In this document: one piece after another, positions 13,060 through 26,018 of the stretch
Layout: each line of letters opens with the position of its first letter
Position numbering within the stretch: the stretch's first letter is position 1
NCBI GenBank assembly: GCA_028534125.1
Contig: CM052816.1
Coordinates: 68,884,001 to 68,948,000, forward strand
Length of the DNA stretch: 64,000 bases
Direction: 5' to 3'
Origin: Lama glama
Lineage: Eukaryota
Translations under genes and position numbers: made by a program
The notes under the pieces: model-generated
Databases searched by the model: none
Seen by the model: only the letters and a program-made list of their open reading frames with translations
Told to the model about the DNA's origin: nothing

Positions 13060-14000
13060 AAATGCTATTTTAAAAACAGATAACACATATGCATAGTTCA
13101 AAATTCAAAAGGTAGATCAAGATATACAGTAAAGAGTCCCTCTCTCTCTTGTTTCTCTCTCCCAAACTCCCAGATCTTCTCCCCAGAGGCAGTAACTGTT
13201 ACCTATTTCTTGTGTATCTTTCCAGGGAGATTCTATGCATATATATTTTTTCACAAGTGACAACTTTTGGCATTTGATACACTGTTTTGCATCTTGCCTT
13301 AACAATCTTTTAGAAAATCCTTCTATATCAGTCCATAAACATCTTTTTCATTCTTTTTAATGGCTGCATAATTTTCCATCTTTTAAATGTCCCTCATGGA
13401 GGACAATCAATATTTTGCTTTTAACAAGGATATTGCAATACATAACTTTTTATAAAGTCACTTTGCATTGATATAGAATAATTATCCCAGAGAAGAACTG
13501 CTGAGTTAAAGACTATGTGCATTTTAAATGTTTACAGATCTTGCCAAATTGTCTTCCAAATTGGTTGTTCCAATTTACACTCTCAGCAACAGCATATTGA
13601 GGCCCTATTTTCCTACATCCTCTTATCAAAAGTTTGGACTTTAATCAGAATAGGTGCAAAATAATCTCTCATGATAGTTTTAATTTGCATTTTTATTATC
13701 ATGAGTGAATTTGAGCATCTTTTCACTTGACACTTTTTTTCCCCTGTGGACTATCTATTCAAATACTTGCTCATTTTTCTATTATATTGTCACTTTTTTC
13801 TTACTGATTTATAGTAGCTTTTTCTATTTTAAGAAAATTAGGCTTGTATCTGTGATATAAGATACAAGTATTTTTCCAGTTTTGACTGGGAATACATTTT
13901 TCCCTGTAAAAACTTACATATTTTACTTCTACATAATCAAATTTATCAGTCTTCTCTTTTATAGTCTCTTGGTTTTGTGTCCTAATTCCCCATTCTGAAG
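13060..14000 (-). mobile_element. Old LINE-1 (L1M-type) 3' fragment
   Basis: T-rich antisense L1 motifs TTGCCAAATTGTCTTCCAAA, CAATTTACACTC and TTTTAATTTGCATT. Confidence 0.65.
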
Positions 14001-16249
14001 CATACTACTTTCACACCCACCATCATGAGCAAATCTCCTTGGATACCTCAATACTTGGGGAGACAAGCACAAGAGAGAGACATTTCCTTCTTGTGGATTA
14101 GCAAAGCTTTTCCCCACTATTTTGGTTTCTTTTTGGAAAAGCATACCTTTTCTCCTAGCAGATGACACCAGGAATGACTTCATTCTTTAGGTAAGACTCT
14201 GCTCTCTATACACTGGTAGTAGCTTAATGAAGCTACATAATAAATACCCAAAACAAGTCTGATAGTATAAATAACATCTTGGCTGTATCATAAGTAAATT
14301 TCAACACCCTAAACATTATATACACAGTGCTGGGAGGGCCATTCTCTCCTGACACCTCTGGGCCTACATGGGCAACCTTACCATCTAAAAGGAAAATAGT
14401 AGAGTGAGTATCAAACAAGACCACAGTTTGTGGAAATGCTTTCTAGGTCTGCTGAAGTAAGTCACTTAGTCTCCCATATTTCCCGAGAGCTGGCGCCTAG
14501 GCTGACCTAAAGCGTAATTATGCTACCGTGCTTACTACTCTTTTAGCTCTTCTCAGTGTCCACTTCTGATCCAGGCCCTGGAAGGACAGGCTGCTGCCTG
14601 TGGAGACCTCCCACACCAACATTACATCTTCCTTCTCATAACTGGAATTCAGCATCTGAATATGGCAAAGAGATACACATTTTACAAAAGTAAAACTTCT
14701 TAAATGTTACCTCAAGTAATGCTTAATTGGAGAGCTACATCTCTAGTTCAACACCTCAACGACTAGCCTCAGGTGCGAAATGAAGTCCAGTAGAACTGTA
14801 ATATGAACAGCAGCTTCCTCACTCCTTACAGCTATAAACATGTATCAACATGTAAGTCAGATATAGTTGAGTTATTATACATCTATAATATATATATAGG
14901 TATCAACAAATTGAATGACAGGTATTATTTTCCCCAGCCACCCTGGGTGGCAAAAAGACACATAACTTACCTAGAAAAAAACATTATTATAGCAGCTGGT
15001 AGCTCATCTTGAGCACTATATTAGCACATTATATACCTAATCTAATCCTCACAACAATTTTGTAGAATATACTCATTACTTCATTTTTTTTAACAGCTGG
15101 GAAAACTGAGGAATAAAGAGGTGGAGTAACTTGCCCAAGTTTACAGAGCTTGTGTGCTGCATAGCTGGGCTTCAAACCCAAGGAGTTTGGCTCCAGAACC
15201 AAAGCTCTTCACCATGACATGGTACCACCTGTTCCTGGCAGACTGCCACAGGTGGATGTGAGTTGGGAGAAAAAGAACATGTATGCACGAGGTGAGAAGC
15301 AATGCACTTGAGCATGTGTAATGACCCTTTGATGAACTGGTAATTGGCAAAGCACCAGGAAAAGATAGTAACAAAGAGATGGCCTTTTCCCCAGGTGTGG
15401 ATATTGGTGGGCATTTAGATGTGTAAGTCAAATGTCTGGATTATTAAAATGTGCTGAAAATTCCTGCCCTTTGTTTACTAAATACCAGCAAAACTTGTCT
15501 AACTTCAAGTACCTGATATTCTTCTCAACTTTGGCACTTAAATACATTAATAGAAAACAGAGTCTAAAGCAAATATTGTTAGTGACATCAAAGCTGAGTT
15601 TAAGGAACATGTGACGTGCTAACAAAGTTGTCCATATCTAGGTAGAAACCTACTTTCTTTGTTCGCTGAAGCAAGGTACTGTTAGGAAATGCATTCTTCT
15701 TACTTCAGTCCCAATTCTTGGGCTGGGGCAGCATGAGGGTGGAGGCTTTGACTGAAGCTGAAGTGCCAAACTGGAAAAAAAAACCAAGATTGATTCCATT
15801 ATATTAATACCCCCTATTAATACCCCCTTGCAGACTTCATAAACAACACCTGAAAATAAGCAAAGTCAAATCGTGGCTAAGCAGCTTTCATCACAGCAGC
15901 CTGGGTTTAATTAGGTTTAACATTTTTAAAGTATTTTAGGTTTACCTAGTGCCTTTAAAGTGCATTGGGCCCAGGTCCCAGAAAGATTAAAAAAACAGAA
16001 ATTAATTTTCAAGACATTTCATGGAGAAAATAAAAAGCCCTTAGCTTGGATCACAAATACTATATCAGAATAAACTCCAGTCTTGCCCCTTGCAAACTTT
16101 TGCCATGTATCAGCCAGAGCAATTTAAAAAAAAAAAACAAAAAACAGACCATATCTCTCCCTTGGTCAGGCATCTTCAATGGCTTCAGGTAAAGTCTGAA
16201 CATTTCATGTAACCTACAAGGAACTGCATGATCTTGCTGCTGGAGTATG

Positions 16250-16495
16250 ATGGGCGATTGTGGAGCAAGGAGGTAGGCTGTCTACGTCTGAATCCTAGTT
16301 CTGCCATTTACCATCTGCATAACCTTGGGCAAATTATTTTCCTCTGTATACTTCAGTTCTTCTTACCTAAAAAATGGGGACAATATAGAACCTATCTCAT
16401 AGAGTTGTGCAGATTAAGTGAGTATTATCTACCCAACCAGCATAACACAGCACCTGGCACTTATATAAGTTTTATGTAAGTATTAGCTAGTATTT
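16250..16495 (+). mobile_element. MIR SINE
   Basis: GAATCCTAGTTCTGCCATTTAC...CCTTGGGCAAAT...AAAATGGGGACAATA...ACAGCACCTGGCAC. Confidence 0.7.
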
Positions 16496-16734
16496 CTTAT
16501 CTGCCATACTCCTTCTCTTCCTTTCCCCCCAACTCTGTATTCCAGCCATTCTGTATTAGTCAGGCCCTAGAATCCCAGGAATCATGTTTCTCTGTCTGGA
16601 ATACTGGCACCCAAATCTCCCTCTTATCTTCTTTCCATCCCTATCCTTCTATCTTTGCTTAACCACCACTTGCTTTGGGAAGACTTTCCAGTCCAGGCCA
16701 GTTGTTACCACGATGGGCTTCCAAGTCACCCAGG

Positions 16735-16978
16735 TAGGGCTGCCAGAGGTTGGGAGGCCCTGTTAAATTTGAATGTCAGATAAACAACAACTACTCAATA
16801 CAAATACAATAAATATTTTAGCAATAAGTATGCCCCATGCAATATTTGGACTTCAGATAAACGACGAATTATTTTTTAGTATAAATATGCCCCCATGCAA
16901 TACTTGAGATATACTAAACATTTATTTATCTGACATTTGAATTTAACTGGGTGTCCTGTGTTTTATCTGTCGGCCCTA
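16735..16978. mobile_element. MER53-like palindromic hAT MITE with an internal duplication
   Basis: Ends TAGGGCTGCCAGA and TCTGTCGGCCCTA; perfect 8-bp TSD CACCCAGG (16727-16734, 16979-16986); inverted arms GTTAAATTTGAATGTCAGATAAA and TTTATCTGACATTTGAATTTAAC. Confidence 0.85.
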
Positions 16979-17171
16979 CACCCAGGAGATCCTCTATCAT
17001 AACCCTTACAAAATTTCAATAAATTAAAAAGTATGACAAGTGGTTCTGTTTCCCCCACTAGTGTGTCAGGTCAGAGGAGCAGGGCCCACGCAGGCTTGTT
17101 CACTGTTTTAGATCTGGCACTGCCGACATTCCACAAATACTGAGGAATAGAGCCATCAGGCCAATGCTCAG

Positions 17172-17185
17172 GCGCCCCCTATTGG
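17172..17185 (-). promoter_or_regulatory. Candidate CTCF site
   Basis: Reverse strand CCAATAGGGGGCGC has one mismatch to CCASYAGRKGGCRS. Confidence 0.55.
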
Positions 17186-18539
17186 AAGTTATCTGTAACA
17201 ACAGGCAGACTTTGGGGGAGAGGCATTTTCAAGAAGATACCGCTAGTTTCATGTCCACAGGTGGATAAAATGACGGTACTACTTTTCAGAATATCTCCAG
17301 TGTGATAATATCGGCTCCCCAATGACAGCTTTAAGGTGACCCTACTATTTTACATTAAAAAAAGACTTTGAGTTTTCGTACCTATTTCACTTGACTCTTA
17401 AGGCAAGTATTAATATCCACATTTAATAAATGAGGAAATGGAGGCTCAGAGAACTGTAAGCAACTTACTCAAGATGACTAATAAGTGGCTGTTTTATCCC
17501 TGGGAATCGACCTTATGCTCTCCCCACTGTGCCACACCGCCATCTAGGCCAATTTAAAGAACCAGAATTCTTGGATTCTTCCTCCTCACCTAGACATCCT
17601 CTCAAGGAAGTCTGATACCTGACTCCTCTCTACAGACTTAACTGCTCCCCCTATAAAGGTTCCCCAACAATAGCCTGAGAGGAGACAGGGAGGCCTGTAT
17701 TTTGAAATACAGGTAATTCTTAACTAATCTCTCATATTACAAATAACACTATTTAGGTCTGGAGACTAAAGACTTTGCATAGAGTTGGAGGGAAATAGTA
17801 GTAACACTGACCAGAACCCGAAATAAGTCTTTTTTTTTTTCAACCTTCTTCTCTAGAAGACGCCAACCCACATCCCCTGAAATTTCTGGGGACAAGGATT
17901 TACACTTTGACTATATAATTCTATCAAATTTCTTCTGGAATGAGTTGGGAAAGGCTGACCCAGCTCTTAGTATAGCATCTAGTAATCTCATCTCTTGGAG
18001 CGCCACTACAAATTCATCAGCCCGAGGGTATGCGGGCTTTCTGTCACTGGGAAATGCCTGTGAAGCTGACTAGATGCCAGTTGTGCTCCCAGTTCTCCTC
18101 ATAAAGGATCTGAGCCTCTGAGGAAGATCCACTCAGACTGGAGGAGCCCAGATTCTACCAGGACAGGAAGCTGCGGACTAAACCAGCCGCCACATCCAGT
18201 CCAGGCTCTCTCGCCCGAAAGCTCCCCCGACCCTAACCCAGCTCTGCTTCCGTGAGCTTCTGAAGGAAGCTTCCTCAAAGGAAACTTCCATTTTGAAGGA
18301 GCGGAAATGGGAAGCAGGGAACAACCAAGAAAGGTTGGGCTGCCCAGGGCAGAGGTTCAGAAGCTAAAGACCTAAAACAGAACAGGCTGTGAGCAATTCC
18401 ATAAAGCCAGAAATGCAACCCCCCAACAATGATATGTTCTTAACCCCCTGCAGCTTACTTGGTTTGGGAGGAGGTGAGGAGAAAGTATGACAGGGCTGCA
18501 GACCTGCTGTTGGAGCCTCCTTGGGCAGTCCTCTGCTGT

Positions 18540-19900
18540 GTCTGCAGCGCGAGCGCCTGCCGGCTGCAGGGACTAGCTCCTAGACACACAGCTGCGCGGA
18601 GGAAGCTGCGGAGGCTCTGCTCCCCAGCCCGGCGGAAGGAGGAATACTGGCGACTGGGGCCTGCCTAAAACGAAAATACCAAACGCAACTTAGTTATAAT
18701 TATGGATTGTAGGGGCCACTGAAGAAAACATCCGTGCTGACAGAATTCTAGCTGGAGCCTTCCTCTGAAGCTCGGAAACGGACCTTTACAAAACTACCGA
18801 CCTGGATTAGAGCCAGCATGGAAGGTGCTCGCACGTGTCGAGACCATCTGGCCAAGGACGGTTCCCCCGGGGAATCTTTTCTCTGGCACTGTTAAGCCCC
18901 TCAGTTGGAGCCGGCGCTCACCCCCACTTCCACCTCACGCCGTGCGCGCAGCTCCTGGCTCGGGTGCCCGGGTAACCAGGGACGCGCGGGAAGCCGGCTG
19001 CGCAACGCGAGTGCACCCCGCCCGCCGTAGCTCCTCCTACCCCTTGCAGAAACTGACGCTGAGTGTGCCAGCGGCGCTCTCGGGAGCGGGTCTTTAGCCG
19101 GGAAAGCGCGGCTCTCGTGCCGCTCTGGGCTCAGCCAGTGAGAGGCCGGGGGTGTGGTTGAGGGAACACACAGGCCGAGTACTTAGGGCCTCGCTGTGGG
19201 TCAGGCCTGGTTTTCTTCGCACTCTGGCGCACGCGTGTCCTCCTCGCCGCAGCCAGGGCGCCCGAGAACGGTCACCTGGCTGCATCATGGTGACCCCCTG
19301 CACCACCAGCCCCGTGAGCCCCGCCGCCAGGGCTGGGAGGCGAGACGACCAGAACCTCCGTGCCCCGGTGAAGAAGAGCAGACGTCCACGCCTCCGGAGG
19401 AAGCAGCCGCTGCAGCCGCGAAACCCGTGCCCGCTCCCCGGAGACTCCGGCGTTTGCGACCTGTTTGAGTCCCCCAGCTCCGGCTCGGATGGCGCCGACA
19501 GCCCCGCGGCGTCCGCGGCGCGAGGCTGCAGCCCCCTACCCGCTCCTGCCCAGCAGCTGGTGCAGCTAGATCTACAGACCTTCCGCGACTACGGTCAGAG
19601 CTGCTACGCCTTCCTCAAGGCGCGGGAGAGCCACTTTCACCCGCGGGAGTCTCTGGCGCGGCAGCCACAAGTGAGGCGCCGGTAGAGCTAGCTCTCCACC
19701 GCCGCTCCTCTTCCTCTCCCGGGCTCTCCTTTTCTGCTCTGTCTGCCCTCCGAGGAGCCCAGCTCCTGCCCCCGGTCCGAGCGGGAAGGGGCTTTGGAGG
19801 GCCGGGCTACCGGCCTCATTTTACAGATGGAGAAAAGTGGGGCCTAGACGGCTTAAGCGACCTGCCCGAAGTCTCCAAACTGATTAATAAGGGTACAGTA
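18540..19900. promoter_or_regulatory. CCNO: CpG island and promoter of CCNO
   Basis: High GC and dense CpG across the upstream region and exon 1. Confidence 0.85.
19287..19670 (+). CDS. CCNO: Cyclin O exon 1 (128 codons)
   Basis: [41 protein letters not shown]...[16 protein letters not shown]...ARQPQ; donor GTGAGG at 19671. Confidence 0.97.
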
Positions 19901-20174
19901 GAATGCAAAGGAGTTAAGAAGGTTTCTAGGTTCGAGTCTGGACTCCTACTGACCCCAGCCAGTTACTTAACAATTCTAAACTTGTTTCTTCATTTGCAAA
20001 GTGCGGGCCTCCCCTGCCCCCACTGAATTGCTGAGAGGATTATAACAGGTAACGTTTACCCGTGCTCCGCACAGCGCTAGGCACAAATCCTGGCGTCCCG
20101 GCTCCTAGCCCCGCCTGTGCTCTTTCCGCAGCAGTGCTGCTCACGTGTTTCCTCCCAATTGCCAGGGCGTTTAG

Positions 20175-20498
<324 letters not shown>

Positions 20499-20945
20499 TA
20501 GGGGGCAGCCAAACTCTAAGCCAGTCTCTGGCTGCTCGGCTTTCCAGCGCACACGACTGAGTGCTGGGTTCCCTGAACTCATTTTAGCAGACGTTTGCAA
20601 CCTCACACACTCCACAGTTTTAGCTTCACAGTTCCCCCACAAGCTAACAGTCCTTTCACCCAGCCCCCAAAGAAATAGGCCGGTCTCAACAGCTTTCTGT
20701 AGTCCTTCTAGTCTAGTCTCCGAAAAAAAAAATCTTCAAAATTTCTCCAACCTGTTTTCAGCTGGACGGAAGTTAAAGAAAATGTGCTGAAGTACACCCC
20801 AGATGAGTGGAAGTATGGAGAGGCGAAGCCCCAGATATCTCACTGGAAGGGATAGAGGGAGTCCTGGTTTTCTACCAGGTTTGAAACTGGGTGGGCCTCG
20901 GACCTGAATGCTGCGCAGCGGGGGCTGAGCACCCCTGTTTTACAG

Positions 20946-21431
20946 GTGGAGGTGCACCCGCCGCGCGTGAAGCAGCTCCTGGCCCTGTGCTGCGGCGCCT
21001 TCTCCCGTCAGCAGCTCTGCAACCTTGAGTGCATCGTGCTGCACAAACTGCACTTCAGCCTGGGCGCGCCGACCATCAGTTTCTTCCTGGAGCATTTCAC
21101 ACACGCGCGCGTGGAGGCCGGGCAGGCCCAGATCTCCGAAGCCCTGGAGGCGCAAGCCCTGGCGCGCGGTGTGGCGGAGCTGAGCCTGGCTGACTACGCT
21201 TTCAGCAGCTACACCCCCTCCCTGCTGGCCATCTGTTGCTTGGCGCTGGCAGACCGTATGCTGCAGCTCCCACGCCCGCTGGACTTGCGCCTGGGTGGGC
21301 ACTGCGAGGAGGCGCTAGAGGACTGCCTGGGCAAGCTGCAGCTGCTGGTGGCCATAAACGGAACCTCTCTGACTCACATGCTGCCCTTCCAGATCTCTGA
21401 GAAGTGCAGCCTGTCCTCGAGCTTGAAATAA
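20946..21431 (+). CDS. CCNO: Cyclin O exon 3 to stop; spliced CDS 1056 nt, 351 aa, intact
   Basis: TACAG acceptor; [39 protein letters not shown]...[13 protein letters not shown]. Confidence 0.97.
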   Translation: MEVHPPRVKQLLALCCGAFSRQQLCNLECIVLHKLHFSLGAPTISFFLEHFTHARVEAGQAQISEALEAQALARGVAELSLADYAFSSYTPSLLAICCLALADRMLQLPRPLDLRLGGHCEEALEDCLGKLQLLVAINGTSLTHMLPFQISEKCSLSSSLK

Positions 21432-24400
21432 AGTAGACCCTTGGTTTCCTTTGATCCCCTAGCCTGGCTGCTGGACCTCTCCCATCGTTTTGAAAGAGTG
21501 CAGTATTGGCCCACAGAAAGGGGTTCAAGGCTCCCTTTCTCAAGGTCACCAGGTCATCTTACAGGTTGTAATTAGTGTACAATAGTAGAGTCTCATTGTT
21601 TATTTTGCCGAGAGCGCACGAGAGAAGAGCCATCTTTCCCCGATAAACAGGCGGTCTGTCGTGGTTTGTCTGAAAGCTGCTATTGTGAGCATTTTTGTTC
21701 GATGGAAGGGAAGGTGAAGGCAGTCCCGGAACAGAGGCAGTAACAACCAAGGGGTCCTCCCTCCCTCCAGGTCCACTCTGTAGTTAGCACTCTGTGTAGG
21801 AACATCAGATCTGGCATGGTCCTGGTCACCACAGTTCCAGTTCCAGGGTCACTTGTAGGCATGTAACCCATGACCCTCCTGTCAGGAGGCTGAGGACTGC
21901 TTATCCCCAGAGATCCAAAGGTGTTGGGGGTGTGAGGTTGAATAGAGCTCACAGCAATCCATGCTGTCTAGAGAGACCAGGGTGCAGCCCCTGGTGCAGG
22001 CGATGCCTCGATACCTCAGGAAAGCATTGGGGACCCCTCAGGCTCACTAACTAAAGCAAGCAAGAGCTACCCTGACAACTGCCAGATGCAGAAAATGAAG
22101 GCTTTGCAGGCAGTTATGGCCATTGCAAGTCAAGCCCATCTATCCTGCAATCACGTGATTGAAGAGTTCTCACTTGTCTTACACTTGCTCATGTGAGCCT
22201 GGGGAAGCAACAGCACACTAGTAATCCTGGCTATCATTTAATGCTTATACGTAAAGACACTGTGTTCAGGATTTGTTATTTCAGTGCTTCAACAATTCTG
22301 AGTCAGAATCTATTATCCCAGTTTTCACAGAAGGACACTGGGCCACAGAGAAGTTAAATGACAATGGAGCAGCCAAGATTTGAAGGCAGGTGATTGAGTC
22401 CAGAGTCCCACCCTTTGCCACCTGCTCAACTTACCCCACTTACAGATTTCTGGATATGCTCATAAAACCCTCTTCCCGAGTTAGGTATGGGACAAGTGAC
22501 CTATTTAGCGCCCTCCATTCAATAGGGACTATAGAGAACATATTTGGAGAGCCAGTACACTCCCTGCCTCCAGTTATGTTACAGGAGTCATTTTACAGAT
22601 GGGAAAAGTGAATCAAGAAATGGGACAGAGGCAGGCTGGAGTTTTGGAGTTCATAGCTGTCCTGTCATCTTCATTTTCACTGTTGTGAATCTGCAGTAGG
22701 CCCTGAATCTCAGCTCTGTCACCTCCAGCAAATTTTTTAACTTCTCTAAGCCCAATAGGCAACTGATACCCTGGCTGTTGGGAAGCTTAAATGAGATTGC
22801 TTTGAGGTGGTTTCAAGTAGTGATTAAACATGCAGGCTCTAGAATCAATTTGCTGGGTGAGCTTAAGCAAGTCACATGTCTATGCCTAAGTCTCTTCTGT
22901 AAAAATGGGAATAACAGTAGCATTTACCTGGTAGTGTAGATGTAAGAATTTAATGAGATCTTCTCTACAAATCCCTCAGCACAAGTCCTGGCACAAAGCA
23001 ATTCTTCAAAAAGGCTGGTGTCCGCCTGTACAATGATGGGGACGGGTTACACAGAAAAAACATGGAGAAAGACAGAGATAAAGCAAATATAGCAAATTGT
23101 TAACAATGTTATTGTTGTTCACTGTACTGTTCTTTCAATTCTGTATGGTTGAAAAAACATAATAAAAAGATTTTGGGGGAAAAATTCAGTCATGTTTTAG
23201 TGCATTTAGAATAAGCCTGCGATGTATGACAAATGGCACAAATAAAAAGCAAACAAACTCAAAGGAAATGTAGAGAAACGTCCTTGCACTTCTCTTCACT
23301 TGCACCCTCCAAGTACTCTCCAGAGCCAAGAACGCCTTCCTCTAGGCACCTTGGACCCTTTTGTTCCAGATATGCTGATATGCTAAGTGCACCAGGAACT
23401 TTCTCCTCCTTGGTTCAGGGAAAGGGAAGTGGTGATCCCCAAGCCGTGTGAGGAAAAACTGGTCTATGATGGTGAAAAGTAGGAGGTGGAAGATCATATC
23501 ATCTATCCCAAGTTCCAAAATATCTGGAGCCCTAAGTCTGGCTGTTAGGGGGTGGGGAACCTCTGCAAAAGAATGACTTTGGGAGGAGTTATCTCCACCA
23601 GCTTTTACTCCATCACTCAGTCAAGCTTGTTATGGGTGATTTGGTTCCAGAATCATCCAGACTAGTTGTTGTATAATCAAGCTATTCCTGCTCTTGTTGC
23701 CATAGATAATCTACTGTATATTTAAATGTATAATGTCCATATTTTTCTACTCCAATTTGGAACTCAATGAAAATGGGCCTATTTTGGAAAATCTGTGATG
23801 TCTCCATGTGTAGAGATCTCCCCAAAACTCAGCTAAGAACTCCCCTACTCCTTTTACAGACTGGTAAGTTATTAAGGATAGGAGTGGGGGATGGAGTGGC
23901 TGGTGGCCAGGCTACTCAGGAACCATAGGAGGCAGGAGACAGAGCCAGGAACAGGCTGTGGGAGGCTATAGATGCAGCTGAATAGGCTCCTTTAAACAAC
24001 AACAAAATTAATTTATTCACACCAAGCACCAGTCACATCTCATCTTCACAGCAACTCCATTGAAGTCAGTGTTATGTTTTTCCAGAACTGGGCTCACGGA
24101 CCTGGTGGAGCCAAGTTCTAACCCTAAAGCTAGAGCTCTTTCCTCACCATCAGAAGTACCACACCAACTTTAGCTGGCTGATCTCACTTCACCTGGGTCC
24201 CTGGCATCTATAGATGGGTCAGAGAGTTTCTGAGTCAAACTGTATCATTGGATTACTCTCCATTACTGTTATGGTTATCTTATTTATTAATCCAAATAAT
24301 AGGTGCAAATAAAAGAGGATCATGCACTTTCACTATTCCTACTGGGTATAAGGCACCAAGAAGGTGCCCGATAGGCAGTCAAAAGATTTCAATTTCAGAT

Positions 24401-25445
24401 GATTGTCCAAACTGGATGGATATAAGCGTGGTCCTGAGAGAGGCAGACTCCTCACTCAGGGATCTGGAGATGCCCCTTCCTGGGAGAGGCTTCAGGCTTG
24501 GGAAGGGCAGTCAAGTTTGCGGCAGAGCAATCGAGGCGCTTGTACAGAGGACGGCCAGATGCTTCGAGGGACAGCCGAGACTTCCGGAGGAGAGACCCGG
24601 GGTTTTAGGGGATTTGGGGCTGTCCACTGTGTCGTTTTTAGAAACTGAAGGGGAGTTTGTAGATGTCACTTTTTCTTAATTGCCCCTCTTTAAAATGCTG
24701 AGCTCAGGCGCTGCTACCCGGGAAAGTGCAGGGCTAAGAGTATGGAGGAGGCTCTAGGCACCAGACCAAGTGAGACCAAGTGGAAGGCAAGACCAAGAGT
24801 CCTCCCTAACCTTGGGAGAAGGTGCTTCTGTAATCTTGGGCTGTCTGGGGGAGTCTCCATCCTTCAGGGCGGAGCAAATGCTGGAGTCTGGCTTTGGCGA
24901 TTGACACAGTTTATTTCGTGCCTTGCGGCTGGGGTGGGAAGAAAATGTGAATCGTTAACTTTTTCATTCCCGCTGTCCACACGCGGGAAGGCAATACTCA
25001 GCGTTAGGGACCAGTAGGGCTGGTCCGCTCCTCCTTCCCTCCCTTCCTCTGGCGCGGCGGGGAGGTGGCGGCGCCAACGCTAGCCAAAAGGGCGCCCGCG
25101 GGCCCGAGCCCCGCGCTCGTGGCTCCCGAGGGAAGCCGTGTTGCCAGGTTGTGTTTAACGCCTCCGCCCGCGCACAGATTGTCAAGGGCTGAAGGCGCCA
25201 CCTCTGGCGCTCAAGCGCGAGCCGCCCCTCCCGCGCCACGATACTCTCTTCACTCGGCCCTCCCTCCCGTACCTCCACAGTCTCCCCTGGCTCCACCCCG
25301 GCCACGCGCCTCCCCGACCTCCGGCCGGCTTCAGAGCCTGCAGGCGTCGGGCGGAGCGCAGGGTGTGGGGTCGCCATTCCACCCGAGCCGCGGCTTCCGA
25401 GCAGTCGGCGTGGGGCTCCCGGGCCGAAGCGGGTCGGGAGGCAGG

Positions 25446-25562
25446 ATGCAGGCGTGCGGGGGCGCCGCTGCGCGTCGTCGGGCCTTCGACAGCATTTGCC
25501 CCAATAGGATGCTGGATCCGCGAGACCGGCCCTTCGGCAAGCCCGGGAAGCTGGAGAGGAAG
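25446..25562 (+). CDS. MCIDAS: Multicilin exon 1
   Basis: [23 protein letters not shown]...[10 protein letters not shown] donor at 25563. Confidence 0.95.
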
Positions 25563-25649
25563 GTGGGGCCGCGGGCCGGGGCAGGGCGGGGTCCGCACGC
25601 TTCGGGCCCTGAGCGCTGACTCGCGCTCACGGTTTCTGTGCTCGGCTAG

Positions 25650-25746
25650 TACGACCCTCCGCGGAAGTTATTTCCCAGCCGCAGGGGCGGCAGCCCGGTG
25701 TCGGTGTACGAGGATCCCCCAGACGCCGAGCCGGCTGCGCTGCCAG
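25650..25746 (+). CDS. MCIDAS: Multicilin exon 2
   Basis: TAG acceptor; [37 protein letters not shown] donor; 97 nt. Confidence 0.93.
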
Positions 25747-25926
25747 GTGAGCCCCTTGGCCCCTGTGCGATCCCTCGGGTTCCTGGCGCTGGGTGGGTGC
25801 GGCGCGCGCGGTTCGTAAGAGCTTCTCTCTCAGGGACTTCGACGTCCTGGCAGCTGTGCCAACGGCAAGCCCTTGCAGAGAGGCTTAGGGTTCGCTCAGC
25901 GCGTGTCTTTGGTTCTCCCTGCGCAG

Positions 25927-26018
25927 CCCTCACCACCATAGACCTGCAGGACCTCGCTGACTGCTCCTCGTTACTCGGGTCCGACGCGCCGCCTAGTGGT
26001 GACTCGGCCGCATTACAG
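25927..26018 (+). CDS. MCIDAS: Multicilin exon 3
   Basis: CAG acceptor; (A)[32 protein letters not shown] donor; 92 nt, ends in phase 0. Confidence 0.94.

Noticed and set aside
15802..15827. 13-bp tandem duplication TATTAATACCCCC x2 (and a 17-bp one at about 6878-6914)
   Set aside because: Ordinary slippage duplications; no array or spacer structure, not CRISPR-like.
19152..19286. In-frame 45-codon extension upstream of the CCNO ATG
   Set aside because: GTG start in GC-rich, stop-poor DNA; the recognised protein begins at ATG 19287.
20940..21549. Antisense ORFs over CCNO exon 3 (and 29649-30185 over MCIDAS exon 7)
   Set aside because: Shadow ORFs of GC-rich coding sequence with no recognisable protein motifs.
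25194..25210. CTCF-like AGGTGGCGC (minus strand) in the MCIDAS promoter
   Set aside because: The 5' half of the consensus does not match and the background is GC-rich.
25065..25445. In-frame 127-codon extension upstream of the MCIDAS ATG
   Set aside because: GTG start and low-complexity Pro/Ala/Arg sequence expected in a CpG island; probably starts upstream of the TSS.
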